NCBI GenBank assembly: GCA_945947915.1 | Contig: CAMEZQ010000001.1 | Span: 31,493-95,492, forward strand | Direction of reading: 5' to 3' | DNA length: 64,000 nt | Source of the DNA: an uncultured Clostridia bacterium | GTDB lineage: Bacteria; Bacillota; Clostridia; Oscillospirales; Butyricicoccaceae | Shown here: piece after piece, positions 24,874 to 34,307 of the stretch | Numbering within the stretch: position 1 is the first letter of the stretch | How the letters are laid out: each line of letters begins with the position of its first letter | Notes under the pieces: model-generated | Seen by the model: the letters and a program-made list of their open reading frames with translations, nothing else | Told to the model about the DNA's origin: nothing | Databases searched by the model: none | Program-made: the position numbers and the translations under genes

Positions 24874-26463
24874 ATGAGAAAGCTTTATTTCGGCGGCCCC
24901 ATCCGGACGATGGAAGACGAGGGGCCGGGCCCCGACGCCGTGCTGACCGAAGGGGGACGCATCGCGGCGCTGCTGACCGGGGAGGCGGCGCGGGAAGTGA
25001 CCGATGCCCAGCCGGTCGACCTGGCCGGACGGGCGCTGCTGCCCGGCTTTATCGACGCCCACAGCCATTTTTCCGGCTATGCGGCCAGCCTGCTGCAGAT
25101 CGACCTGGACGGCTGCCGGTCGGCGGAAGAAGTGGCGGCGCGCATCGCCGCGTGGATCGGGGACAACCGGCCGCCGGCGGGACAGTGGCTGACGGCCGGC
25201 GGCTATGACCACAACGATCTGCCCGGCGGCCGCCACATCACCCGGTGGCAGCTGGACGAGGCGGCGCCCGAGCATCCGCTGCTGGTCAAGCACAAATCGG
25301 GCCATTTGGGGGTGTTCAATTCCAGAGGTTTGGCGGCGCTGGGCATCGATGACCAAAGCCCCTGTCCGCCCGGCGGCGTCATGGGCCGCCGCAGCGACGG
25401 CCGTCTGGACGGATATATGGAGGAGGCCGCGCTGCTGGCCCAGCTCCCGCGCATCCCCGGCCCGGCGCCGGAAGCCTATATGGCGGCGGTGGACAAGGCC
25501 CAGGACCGGTATTTCTCCTATGGCATCACCAGCGCCCAGGAGGGGGCCGTGCAGGGAAATCTGCCGGCACTTTATCAACAGCTGGTGGAAAACCGCCGGC
25601 TGCGGCTGTCGGTCACCGGCTATGCCGACCCCGGCAGCATGGCGGCACTGCGGCAGGCGCTGCCCCAGTGCGTCGGCGGCTTTTCCGGCAATTTCCGCAT
25701 CGGCGGCTATAAGATCTTTCTCGACGGTTCGCCCCAGGGGCGCACGGCCTGGATGCGGCAGCCCTATCTGGGCGGCGGCGGGACCTATACCGGCTATGGC
25801 ATGATGACGGAGGATGCCGTCTTTGACGCCGTGGCCCGGGCCTGCCGCGAGGGGGTGCAGATCCTGGCCCACTGCAACGGCGACATGGCCTGCGAGCAGT
25901 TCCTGCGGGCGGTGGAGCGTGCCCGGAAGGCCGGATTGGACCCGGAGGCCGTCCGTCCGGTCATGGTCCACGCCCAGCTGCTGGGAGCCGATCAGATGGC
26001 ACGGGTCCGGGATCTGGGCGTGGTGCCCTCCTTCTTTGTCGCCCACGTCTGGCATTGGGGCGACGTTCATATGGCCAACTTTGGAAAAACACGCGCCGAA
26101 AATATTTCACCGGCGGGGCTGGCGCAGGCCATGGGCATTCCCTATACCTTCCATCAGGACGCGCCGGTCATCCAGCCCGATATGATGGAAACCGTCTGGT
26201 GCGCCGTCAACCGCCGCACCCGGTCGGGCCGGGTACTGGGACCGTCGCAGGCCGTCGGCACCTATGACGCCCTGCGGGCTGTCACCATCCGGGCGGCGTA
26301 TCAGTATTTTGACGAAAAGGAGAGGGGCTCCATCGCGCCGGGCAAGGCGGCCGACCTGGTGGTGCTCGACCGCGATCCGCTGACTGCGCCGGCCGGCCAA
26401 CTGCGGGATATCCGCGTCTGCCGCACCATCAAGGATGGGCAGACGGTTTTTCAGGCGGAATAA
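24874..26463 (+). CDS. Amidohydrolase family protein (YtcJ-like, Amidohydro_3)
   Basis: LLPGFIDAHSHF metal-binding motif, 529 aa. ATG at 24874 follows GGAAGGAGAAG. The upstream part of the 683-aa ORF overlaps other genes and was rejected. Confidence 0.85.
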   Translation: MRKLYFGGPIRTMEDEGPGPDAVLTEGGRIAALLTGEAAREVTDAQPVDLAGRALLPGFIDAHSHFSGYAASLLQIDLDGCRSAEEVAARIAAWIGDNRPPAGQWLTAGGYDHNDLPGGRHITRWQLDEAAPEHPLLVKHKSGHLGVFNSRGLAALGIDDQSPCPPGGVMGRRSDGRLDGYMEEAALLAQLPRIPGPAPEAYMAAVDKAQDRYFSYGITSAQEGAVQGNLPALYQQLVENRRLRLSVTGYADPGSMAALRQALPQCVGGFSGNFRIGGYKIFLDGSPQGRTAWMRQPYLGGGGTYTGYGMMTEDAVFDAVARACREGVQILAHCNGDMACEQFLRAVERARKAGLDPEAVRPVMVHAQLLGADQMARVRDLGVVPSFFVAHVWHWGDVHMANFGKTRAENISPAGLAQAMGIPYTFHQDAPVIQPDMMETVWCAVNRRTRSGRVLGPSQAVGTYDALRAVTIRAAYQYFDEKERGSIAPGKAADLVVLDRDPLTAPAGQLRDIRVCRTIKDGQTVFQAE

Positions 26464-26467
26464 AAAT

Positions 26468-26503
26468 AAGGGTGCTTCCCAACGGAAGCACCCTTGCTTT
26501 TTT
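26468..26503. terminator. Bidirectional intrinsic terminator
   Basis: AAGGGTGCTTCC-CAAC-GGAAGCACCCTT followed by GCTTTTTT, with an A-run upstream. Confidence 0.85.
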
Positions 26504-27212
26504 ACCGGTGACTGGGCCGGGGGCCGTAAATGGCCGTGCCGATGCGGACGATGGTGGCGCCCTCCAGAATGGCTTCTTCAAAGCTGCCGCTCATGCCCAT
26601 GGAGAGGGTGTCCAGCGGCAGCGCCGGCAGGCGCGCGCGGGACTGCTCCAGCAGCCGGCGCAGATGGGCGAAGCGGCGGCGGACGGCGTCGCCGGTCTCG
26701 CCGGCCGGCGGAATGGCCATCAGCCCCCGCACACGGACGTGGCCGCAGGCGCAGGCAGCCTCCAGCAGGGCGGGCAGTGCTTCGGGGGAGATCCCCGATT
26801 TGCCCGGTTCGCCGGCCAGATTGATTTCCAGCAGGATCTCCTGGGTCAGCCCCTGCCGCAGGGCCTCCTGCTCGATGGCCTCAAGCAGCCGCAGGTTGTC
26901 GACGCTCTGGATCATAGCGGCACGGCCCACCACCTTGCGGACCTTGTTGGTCTGCAGATGGCCGATGAAATGGACCGGCTTGCCCAGATAGGCGCCGGCA
27001 TCGCCGTGAAGCAGCAGCTCCTGCATGTGATTCTCGCCGAAGAGGTCGATGGGCAGGGCGGCGCTTTCCCGGACGGTTTCACAGGTGCGGGTCTTGCAGG
27101 CGGCGCACAGCAGGACATCTTCAGGCTGCCGTCCGGCGGCACGGGCGGCCCGGGCCATGCAGCCGCGGATGTCGGCCACCGCCGCGTCGAGGGAACGGAA
27201 TGTGCTGTCCAA
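26502..27212 (-). CDS. PLP-homeostasis protein YggS/YlmE family
   Basis: LLCAACKTR (PLP Lys), HFIGHLQTNKVRKV, LSMGMSGSFEEAI. TTG start 10 nt after GGGAG. Confidence 0.88.
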   Translation of the reverse strand: MDSTFRSLDAAVADIRGCMARAARAAGRQPEDVLLCAACKTRTCETVRESAALPIDLFGENHMQELLLHGDAGAYLGKPVHFIGHLQTNKVRKVVGRAAMIQSVDNLRLLEAIEQEALRQGLTQEILLEINLAGEPGKSGISPEALPALLEAACACGHVRVRGLMAIPPAGETGDAVRRRFAHLRRLLEQSRARLPALPLDTLSMGMSGSFEEAILEGATIVRIGTAIYGPRPSHR

Positions 27213-27216
27213 AATA

Positions 27217-27768
27217 TCACATCTCCCGATAGGCGGCCCGGGGACCGCCGATGTATTTGGGCCGGGTGCGGGCGCAGAGCAGGATGGCCTGGCCGATGGT
27301 CTTCACCGACAGACGGACGGGCACGGCCACCCGGCGCAGGTGCATGCCGATGAGGGTGCCGCCGATGTCCATGCCGGCGTCGGCCGCGATGGCCTCCACG
27401 GCCACGGGGGCGGAAAAGGCGTTCCAGGCCGTGACGGCGAAGGAGCCGCCGGCGTGGGGCTGGGGCACCACATTGACCATCTCATAGCCCCGGGCCTCGG
27501 CGTCGGCGTGTTCGAGGATGAGGGCGCGGTTGAGATGCTCGCAGCACTGGACGGCCAGATGCACGCCCTTTTCCTGCAGTACCGGCCAGATGCCGGCAAA
27601 GGCCGCCTGTGCCGCCGCCATGGAGGAGCCGCGGCCGATGTGCTGCCCCACCATCTCGCTGGAGGAGCAGCCGATGACCAGCAGCTGGCCGGGGCGCAGC
27701 CCGGCCTGTTCCAGCAGCTCGGCGGCGGCGGTGCGGGCCTCTTGGGTGATCTGTTCATAAATATCCAT
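27217..27768 (-). CDS. TIGR01440/UPF0340 family protein
   Basis: LLVIGCSSSEMVGQHIGRGSS...VQCCEHLNRALILE. Start set at ATG 27768 (MDIYEQI). Confidence 0.8.
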   Translation of the reverse strand: MDIYEQITQEARTAAAELLEQAGLRPGQLLVIGCSSSEMVGQHIGRGSSMAAAQAAFAGIWPVLQEKGVHLAVQCCEHLNRALILEHADAEARGYEMVNVVPQPHAGGSFAVTAWNAFSAPVAVEAIAADAGMDIGGTLIGMHLRRVAVPVRLSVKTIGQAILLCARTRPKYIGGPRAAYREM

Positions 27769-27801
27769 CAAATTACATCTACCTTTCAAGGATGGCGGAG
27801 G

Positions 27802-29202
27802 TCACTGCACCTTTTTCACGATGCGGCTGCCCTGGCGCATGGCGTAAACGCCCCGCGTTTCGTCGGACAGCAGCTCGAAATTGACGTCGCCGAAGGGGCC
27901 GCGCCGCACGGCATAGCGGCTGCCGATGGTCATCAGGGGGCTGCGCCTGCCTTCTTCCACCACCACCGGCCGGCCGTTTTCGGCCTCGATGGCAAAGCCG
28001 GCGCCCTCGTCGGAAGCATACCGGCCGCAGGCCGAAGCCAGCAGGGCGTCGTCCCAGGGACGGTCATCATAGGCGGGCAGGCAGATCTCAGGATCTTCGC
28101 CAACGGCCAGCCGCATCAGAGCTTCGGCGGCCGCCGATACGGCTACCCCTTCGGTATTGCACAGGATGACGACGCCCAGCTCTTTTTCGTAGGACCAGGC
28201 CATATGGGAGGAGACGCCGGGCAGGCTGCCGCCGTGGCGGACCAGGGTATAGCCGCCGCAGGGAGTCACCATGAGGCCGAAGCCGTAATAGCTGCCATAG
28301 CCGTTGGTCTGGCGGGGCTTGATCATCTCGCGGACGCTGCTGGCCGCGGCCACACGGCTGCCGCCGGCGAACTGACCTTCGCCCAGATACATGGCCACAT
28401 AGCGGGTCATGTCGTGGAGGGTCGATTTCATGGCGCCGCCGCCGTTGAGGACGAAGGCGTTGTCCAGATTGTCGGAAGTGGTGCGGCCCTCCGGCCCCTT
28501 GACGTAGATGGCGGCGGCGTTGGGGTCCCGGGCCGGGGCCAGAAACTCGCTGGAGCTGCGGGTCATGCCCAGGGGCGCGCAGATGTGCGTTTTCACATAG
28601 TCGGCAAAGGAGCGTTCGCCCGACACCTGATAAATGATATGAGAGAGCAGGGCAAAGCCGTCGTTGAAATAGCTCATGGCCCGGCCGGGCAGGTCGATGC
28701 GGTCGGTCTGGGCCGTCATGCGCCGGGCCACCAGCCGGGTGCCGCGGTCTTCAATGGCCGGGTCGAAGGCATAGTCGCCGTCCCGGGCCGGATCAAAGCC
28801 CAGCTCCCGGGCCACGTCCTGCATCAGAATACGCTTTTGGGGATAAAAGCCGCCGCTGTGGCAGAGCAGATGCCAGATGCGCACCGGCTCGCCGGGGTCT
28901 GGGTCGGCGTATTCGGGGATGTAGCGGGAAATGGGGTCTTCCAGATGCAGAAGGCCCTTTTCGGCCAGCTGCAGGATGGACAGGGCCGTGAAGGATTTGG
29001 TGATGGAAGCCACGCCGAAGATGGTGTCGCCGTCGATGGGCAGGTTCTTTTCGGCGTCGCGCAGGCCGTAGTATTTTTCAAACAGGATATGGCCCTGCCG
29101 GTCGGTGACGGCGGCGGCCAGACCGGCGGCCTGGCCGGCCTCCATGATCGAGTGGATCAGGGCGTCAAACTGCGCCGTGCGCTGGGCGGAAAACGGACAC
29201 AT
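27802..29202 (-). CDS. Serine hydrolase, beta-lactamase/PBP4*-like (intact motifs)
   Basis: SITKSF (SxxK), YFND (YxN), HGGSLPG (HxG box); 466 aa. Confidence 0.85.
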   Translation of the reverse strand: MCPFSAQRTAQFDALIHSIMEAGQAAGLAAAVTDRQGHILFEKYYGLRDAEKNLPIDGDTIFGVASITKSFTALSILQLAEKGLLHLEDPISRYIPEYADPDPGEPVRIWHLLCHSGGFYPQKRILMQDVARELGFDPARDGDYAFDPAIEDRGTRLVARRMTAQTDRIDLPGRAMSYFNDGFALLSHIIYQVSGERSFADYVKTHICAPLGMTRSSSEFLAPARDPNAAAIYVKGPEGRTTSDNLDNAFVLNGGGAMKSTLHDMTRYVAMYLGEGQFAGGSRVAAASSVREMIKPRQTNGYGSYYGFGLMVTPCGGYTLVRHGGSLPGVSSHMAWSYEKELGVVILCNTEGVAVSAAAEALMRLAVGEDPEICLPAYDDRPWDDALLASACGRYASDEGAGFAIEAENGRPVVVEEGRRSPLMTIGSRYAVRRGPFGDVNFELLSDETRGVYAMRQGSRIVKKVQ

Positions 29203-29289
29203 ATAGATTCCTCCTTGTTCAAGATGGTGTTTGATTGGTGCTTTACACTCAGTCTAACACGGAAAAGCCCGGCGCGCAAGGCGGCAGAA

Positions 29290-29328
29290 CGCAAAGGCCC
29301 CTTGCCGTTATGGCAAGGGGCCTTTGCG
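29290..29328. terminator. 17-bp perfect hairpin between GT2 gene and serine hydrolase gene
   Basis: CGCAAAGGCCCCTTGCC-GTTAT-GGCAAGGGGCCTTTGCG. The T-rich tract is only on the plus-strand side, although both flanking genes are on the minus strand. Confidence 0.5.
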
Positions 29329-29365
29329 TGATTTATGTTTTGTAAGGAAACTGTGTGCGGAAGAT

Positions 29366-30550
29366 TCAGACCCCGGCGGCGGTGTTTCTGGCCAGACCGT
29401 GGGGCATTTCGCGCCAGACCCGGACAGGGCGGATCAGACACCAGAGGCAGATGGGCGCCCAGGTGGCCATGAAGATCCCGTAGGTGACGACGGCCTTGCC
29501 CATGCCGCGCCGGTCCATGCCGGTCAGACGGACGATCAGGGCGGCCAGCGCCGCCGCGCCCAGCCAGCCGACCAGCAGCGCCGCCAGAAGCCCCATGGGG
29601 TCGGTGTAGAGGCGCAGCAGCAGCGGCAGCAGAGAAAAGCCCTGGATAAAGGGGGTGAGCAGGAAAAAGACGAAGTCGGCGCACAGCGGTTCCCGCGGGC
29701 TGCACCGCACCAGCGCCGGCAGGTGGAGCCGGGCCGCGGCCATGATGCCGCTGCACCACCGTGCCCGCTGAGTCAGCGACTGGCGCAGGGTCAGAGGCTG
29801 TTCGTCGTAGGATACGGCTTCGGGCACCCACCATACCCGCTGGCCGGCCTGGGCACAGATGGCGGCAAACTCGGCGTCTTCGGCGATGGTCTGGGTATTC
29901 CAGCCGCCCAGGCGGCGGAGCAGATCCATGGATACGGCAAAGCCGGTGCCGTTGAGCTTGGCCGAAAGCCCCAGCGGCTGGCGTGCGTGGTTGTAAAAGA
30001 GGTTGAAGAGGCCGAAATAGAGGGCATAGCAGCCGGATATCCAGCTGTCGGCGGGATTGGAAGCCAGGCATTTGCCCTTGGCCACCTGGGCGCCGGCGCA
30101 GAAGGCGTCGTTCATGCGGCGCAGATAGGCGGCGTCCGCCAGGTTGTCGGCGTCAAAGACGCAGATGGCGTCGTAGGGCCTGTCCTTCAGTGCCGCCACG
30201 GCCAGGTGCAGCGCCGCGCCCTTGCTGCGCACCGAGGGGCCGCAGGGGAGGATGCGCGCGCCGGACGCAGCGGCCGCGGCGGCTGTGTTGTCGGTGCAGC
30301 CGTTGGGCAGCACATAGACGTCGAACAAATCGGCCGGGTAATCGCATTGCAGGAGCTTCCGCACCGTCCGGCCGATGACGGCTTCTTCGTTGCGGGCGGC
30401 GATCAATACGGCAAAGCGGGTGCGCGGCGGACAGGGCGCCAAAGGCGCCGGCCGGCGGAAAGCAAAGAGCGCGATGCAGAGAAAATAAAGGCTCAGGATG
30501 CCTGCCGGCATGGAGAGCAGCTTTTGCAGCAGTTCGGGCATGGAGTTCAC
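29366..30550 (-). CDS. Processive family-2 glycosyltransferase (exopolysaccharide synthase-like) with C-terminal TM helices
   Basis: AARNEE...FDADN (DxD), IAEDAE (TED-like) and the QRARW (QxxRW) processivity motif. TM helices at both ends. Confidence 0.82.
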   Translation of the reverse strand: MNSMPELLQKLLSMPAGILSLYFLCIALFAFRRPAPLAPCPPRTRFAVLIAARNEEAVIGRTVRKLLQCDYPADLFDVYVLPNGCTDNTAAAAAASGARILPCGPSVRSKGAALHLAVAALKDRPYDAICVFDADNLADAAYLRRMNDAFCAGAQVAKGKCLASNPADSWISGCYALYFGLFNLFYNHARQPLGLSAKLNGTGFAVSMDLLRRLGGWNTQTIAEDAEFAAICAQAGQRVWWVPEAVSYDEQPLTLRQSLTQRARWCSGIMAAARLHLPALVRCSPREPLCADFVFFLLTPFIQGFSLLPLLLRLYTDPMGLLAALLVGWLGAAALAALIVRLTGMDRRGMGKAVVTYGIFMATWAPICLWCLIRPVRVWREMPHGLARNTAAGV

Positions 30551-30628
30551 ATCCCTTGAGAGGACTTGGCTTTATTTGCCTGTGCTTTCAGCATACAGGG
30601 CCTTTTTTAAAATCCGGCAGGGAAAAGC

Positions 30629-30771
30629 CTTAAGATTTGCTTAAGCCCGCGGGATTAAGAAAATCTTAAAAACAGCGGCGGAAAAACGGCACTTTTTCGC
30701 CTTTCACGCGTCTGAATATTGAAAATATCCGCTTAAATAAATCTTAAGAAAGAAACGGCTTTCATCTTAAG
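30629..30771. promoter_or_regulatory. Phased CTTAAG/CTTAAA direct repeats in GT2 / response-regulator divergent intergenic region
   Basis: Hexamers at 30629, 30640, 30654, 30665, 30732 and 30743 form three pairs with 11-bp spacing. One more lies at 30766. Confidence 0.5.
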
Positions 30772-30810
30772 GTTCAGTTTGATACAATAAAAACGGGGGG
30801 ATGAGGAGAT

Positions 30811-31503
30811 ATGTACAACATTCTGATCTGCGACGACGAAAAAGACATCCGCGCCGCGTTGCGCATCTATCTGACCAACGAGCTTTACAATCTGATCGAG
30901 GCGGAAAACGGCCGGCAGGCGGTGGAGATCGCCGACAGCCGGGAGATCCATCTGGCGCTGATGGATATCATGATGCCCGAAATGGACGGCCTGGCGGCCA
31001 TGGAAAAGATCCGGGAAAAGCACAATTTTCCCATTCTGCTGCTGACGGCCAAAAGCGAGGATCACGATAAGATCATGGGCCTCAATCTGGGGGCCGACGA
31101 CTATATCACCAAGCCCTTCAATCCGCTGGAGGTGCAGGCCCGCGTACGGTCGCAGCTGCGCCGCTATACCAATCTGGGCGGCATGGAAAAGCCAAAAAGC
31201 GGCACGCTGACGGTGGGCGGCATCGAGATGGACGACGAGAAAAAGCAGGTGACGGTGGACGGCGAGCCCATTTCGCTGACGCCTATGGAATACAATATCT
31301 TAAAGCTGCTGATGGAGAGCCCCGGCAGGGTCTATTCCTCGGCCCAGATCTACCAAAGCGTCTGGAACGAGGCGGCCTACGGCTCGGAGAGCGCCGTGGC
31401 TGTGCATATCCGTCATCTGCGGGAGAAGATCGAGATCAATCCCTCCGAACCGCGCTATATCAAGGTGGTTTGGGGACTGGGATATAAAATGGAGAAGATG
31501 TAG
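30811..31503 (+). CDS. OmpR/PhoB-family response regulator
   Basis: Receiver domain (ILICDDE, LMDIMMPEMDG, LTAKS) plus winged-helix output (YIKVVWGLGYKM). Confidence 0.95.
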   Translation: MYNILICDDEKDIRAALRIYLTNELYNLIEAENGRQAVEIADSREIHLALMDIMMPEMDGLAAMEKIREKHNFPILLLTAKSEDHDKIMGLNLGADDYITKPFNPLEVQARVRSQLRRYTNLGGMEKPKSGTLTVGGIEMDDEKKQVTVDGEPISLTPMEYNILKLLMESPGRVYSSAQIYQSVWNEAAYGSESAVAVHIRHLREKIEINPSEPRYIKVVWGLGYKMEKM

Positions 31504-31504
31504 C

Positions 31505-33499
31505 ATGAAGCTGACCGAAAACCTTGCCGTTAAGATCACGGCGGTCTTCGTTGTGTTTTTCACGGCCATCGGACTGGTGATGGGGGCCGCCGGCACGGTG
31601 GCGGCCAACGAGCTGGGGATCTATGCCGACAGTCCCGACTGGTTCCAGAGCCAGAACTGTGCCGATCTGCTGCAGGAGCACGCCATGTCCGTTGCCTACG
31701 GCTACGCGGCGGAAGGCGCCGATTTTATTTTTTCCGTCCGCAGCGGCCAGAGCCGGTATGCGCCGGCCCGCACCAACCTGTGCTTTACCCTGGCGGACGA
31801 CGCCGGCAATATCGTCTGCGCCACCGGATCGCCCGACAGCGCCGCCGTTTCGATCTCTTATGTGTTCGCCGTCTATCCCGACGGTGCCATTGAATGGGCG
31901 GACGCCCAGACCGAACAGCAGAGCCAGCTGGTCACGGCCCAGGCCGATGCCCGGATCATGACCCTACGGTGCAGCCTGCCGGGCGCGCTGCGGCGCACCG
32001 ACGTCTTTTATTACACCTGGAAGGCCTACAGTATTCTGGGCACCTGGCGCGGCGTCCTGCCCTGGATCGCCGGCATTTCGGCGCTGCTGATGGCCGTGTC
32101 CGTGGTCTTTCTCTGCTGTGCCGCCGGGCATCACGCCGGCCGGGAGGGCATCAGCCTCAATCCCCAGGACCGGATCCCCTTTGACTTCTATCTGCTGACC
32201 GTTTTCGGCATGGCCTGCATCCCGCCCGGCCTGGGCATGCAGCTCTATTCCGAAGACCTGTGGGGCAGCGGCGGCCTCTATGTGATCGTCGCGGCCGGCC
32301 TGCTGGTGGGGGTGGAAGCCCTCATCTGCCTGGCGGCGCTGCTGACCACGGCCACACGCTTCAAAAAGGGCGGATGGTGGCGCAACACCGTCATCTGGCG
32401 GAGCTGCCATTTCTGCTGGCGTCTGGCGGCGGCCTGCCTGCGGGCCTGCCGGGATCTGCTGCTGGCCGTGCGGCTGGAGTGGCGGGTGGCGCTGGGCGTG
32501 GCGGTATTTCTGTATATCCTGGCGCTGTTCTGGGTGGACGGCGCCTACAGCGACGGCCTGCTGCTGGCGGCCTTCTGCATGAGCGCTTCGGCCACGCTGC
32601 TCTGCGTGCTTTTTGCCAACGGACTGCGGCGGGTGGTGGATGGCGGCCGGGCCATCGCCGGCGGCAGTGTGGATTATAAGATCGACACGACAAAGCTGGC
32701 CGGCATCCTCAAGCGCCATGGCGAGGACCTCAACTCCATCGCCGACGGCATGGGCATCGCCGTCGAGCAGCGCATGCGCAGCGAGCGCATGAAGACCGAA
32801 CTGATCACCAATGTCTCCCACGACATCAAGACGCCGCTGACCTCTATTATCAATTACGTCGACCTGCTCAAAAAAGAGCCGCTGGAAGGCAAGGCGCGGG
32901 AATACGCCGACACGCTGGAGCGCCATGCCAACCGGCTCAAAAAGCTGACCGAGGATCTGGTGGAGGCCTCCAAGGCGGCCACGGGCAATATCCGCGCCGA
33001 GCTGGTGCCGGTCAATTTCTGCGAGCTGATCAACCAGGCGGTGGGAGAATACAGCGAACGGCTGGAGCAGAGCGGCATCGAACCGGTGGTGGCGCTGCCC
33101 GAGCATCCCAAATACATTCTGGCCGACGGCCGGCTGCTCTGGCGCATCATCGAGAATCTGCTGAGCAACGCCGCCAAGTATTCCCAGCCGGGCACCCGGC
33201 TGTATATCTCTCTGGTGGACAGGCACGGAAGAGCCGTGCTGGAGATGAAGAATATTTCCCGCGATCGGCTCAATATCGACGCCGACGAGCTGATGGAGCG
33301 CTTTGTGCGGGCCGACAGCTCCCGCCATACCGAGGGAAGCGGCCTGGGGCTCAATATCGCCCGCAGCCTGGCCGAGCTGCAGAACGCGCGGCTGGCCATT
33401 GAGATCGACGGCGACCTCTTCAAGGTCTCGCTGGCCTTCGACCGGCTGGACGACCAGCTGGACTTTATCGATGAAATGCCCGCGGCGCCGGCGCGGTGA
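31505..33499 (+). CDS. Sensor histidine kinase with large multi-TM N-terminal region
   Basis: H-box SHDIKTPLTSI, N-box LSNAAKYS, G-box GSGLGLNIA; 664 aa. Confidence 0.93.
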   Translation: MKLTENLAVKITAVFVVFFTAIGLVMGAAGTVAANELGIYADSPDWFQSQNCADLLQEHAMSVAYGYAAEGADFIFSVRSGQSRYAPARTNLCFTLADDAGNIVCATGSPDSAAVSISYVFAVYPDGAIEWADAQTEQQSQLVTAQADARIMTLRCSLPGALRRTDVFYYTWKAYSILGTWRGVLPWIAGISALLMAVSVVFLCCAAGHHAGREGISLNPQDRIPFDFYLLTVFGMACIPPGLGMQLYSEDLWGSGGLYVIVAAGLLVGVEALICLAALLTTATRFKKGGWWRNTVIWRSCHFCWRLAAACLRACRDLLLAVRLEWRVALGVAVFLYILALFWVDGAYSDGLLLAAFCMSASATLLCVLFANGLRRVVDGGRAIAGGSVDYKIDTTKLAGILKRHGEDLNSIADGMGIAVEQRMRSERMKTELITNVSHDIKTPLTSIINYVDLLKKEPLEGKAREYADTLERHANRLKKLTEDLVEASKAATGNIRAELVPVNFCELINQAVGEYSERLEQSGIEPVVALPEHPKYILADGRLLWRIIENLLSNAAKYSQPGTRLYISLVDRHGRAVLEMKNISRDRLNIDADELMERFVRADSSRHTEGSGLGLNIARSLAELQNARLAIEIDGDLFKVSLAFDRLDDQLDFIDEMPAAPAR

Positions 33500-33554
33500 C
33501 GCCGGAAAACAGCCGGACGCGCAAAGAGAAAACGCAAAAGGAGGGAAAGGAGCC

Positions 33555-34142
33555 ATGCAGAAAACAGTCAGTCTGCTCAATACCATTGCCGTCATCCTGA
33601 CGGCGGCGCTGGTGGCCTTTGGTTTTTTCGGCTGGTATATGGGCTGGTTCCGTGACCTGGAAAGCATGCGTACCTTCGTGGCCGCCGCCGGCCCGCTGGG
33701 CCCGGTGGTGTTTCTGCTGCTGCAGATCGCCCAGGTGGTGCTGCCCTTTATCCCCGGCGGCGTCACGCTGATGACCGGGGTGCTGGCCTTTGGGCCCTGG
33801 TTCGGCTTCCTGCTCAATTACGCCGGTGTCGTGGCCGGTTCGATCATCAATTTTTATATGGCGCGGCGCTACGGCCACCGGCTGGTGCTGCATCTGGTGG
33901 ATGAAAAGACCTGGCAGAAATACATCGGCCGGCTGGACAACAGCCGGGGCTTTACCCGCTTTTTCGCCCTGGCCATCCTGCTGCCCTTTTTCCCCGACGA
34001 CACCCTCTGCCTGCTGGCCGGGCTGACCAATATGCGGGCCGATGTCTTTACCGTCATCCTGCTGGCGGGCAAGCCGCTGACCATCGCCGTTTACAGCGCC
34101 ATCTATCTGTACGCGGGCAGCCTGCTGGCTTTCGCCGGATAA
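33555..34142 (+). CDS. TVP38/TMEM64 (DedA-related, VTT domain) membrane protein
   Basis: LPFIPGGVTLMTGVLAFG and FPDDTLCLLAGLT motifs. ATG at 33555 follows GGAGGGAAAGGAG. Confidence 0.8.
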   Translation: MQKTVSLLNTIAVILTAALVAFGFFGWYMGWFRDLESMRTFVAAAGPLGPVVFLLLQIAQVVLPFIPGGVTLMTGVLAFGPWFGFLLNYAGVVAGSIINFYMARRYGHRLVLHLVDEKTWQKYIGRLDNSRGFTRFFALAILLPFFPDDTLCLLAGLTNMRADVFTVILLAGKPLTIAVYSAIYLYAGSLLAFAG

Positions 34143-34162
34143 CGCTGGCACAGAGATCATGC

Positions 34163-34194
34163 ACCCCCTGCCGCCCAAGCGGCAGGGGGTTTTT
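34163..34194 (+). terminator. Intrinsic terminator
   Basis: ACCCCCTGCCGC-CCAA-GCGGCAGGGGGT followed by TTTT. Confidence 0.85.
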
Positions 34195-34307
34195 GCAAAA
34201 AAATCTTTTCAATCCCGGCAGGGTATGGTAATTTAAAGATAGCGGCGCTCCCCATGGCTGCCGGCCGGAGGAGCGCGCGGGAAATCAGAAAAACGGAGCT
34301 GAAAACT

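Noticed and set aside
18201-26070. Other large shadow ORFs: 18201-19643(-), 19295-20620(+), 21140-22660(-), 22608-23894(-), 23051-23920(+), and 24568-26070(-) upstream of residue ~430.
   Set aside because: Each overlaps a motif-supported gene on the other strand or frame. Only the last 71 codons of the 24568-26070 ORF were kept as a plausible small gene.
20729-29328. Two strong hairpins (20729-20757 and 29290-29328) whose T-tracts face the plus strand, although the neighbouring genes are on the minus strand. Considered as evidence for unannotated plus-strand transcripts.
   Set aside because: No plus-strand ORF or promoter accompanies them. GC-rich hairpins can terminate without a perfect U-tract, and the first one abuts the flippase promoter. 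They are kept as low-confidence terminators only.
27049-29331. 760-aa plus-strand ORF, the longest unexplained ORF in the track.
   Set aside because: It lies antisense to three minus-strand genes with solid motifs (YggS, TIGR01440, serine hydrolase with SITK). Its sequence is Gly/Ala/His/Asp-rich with no recognisable domain.
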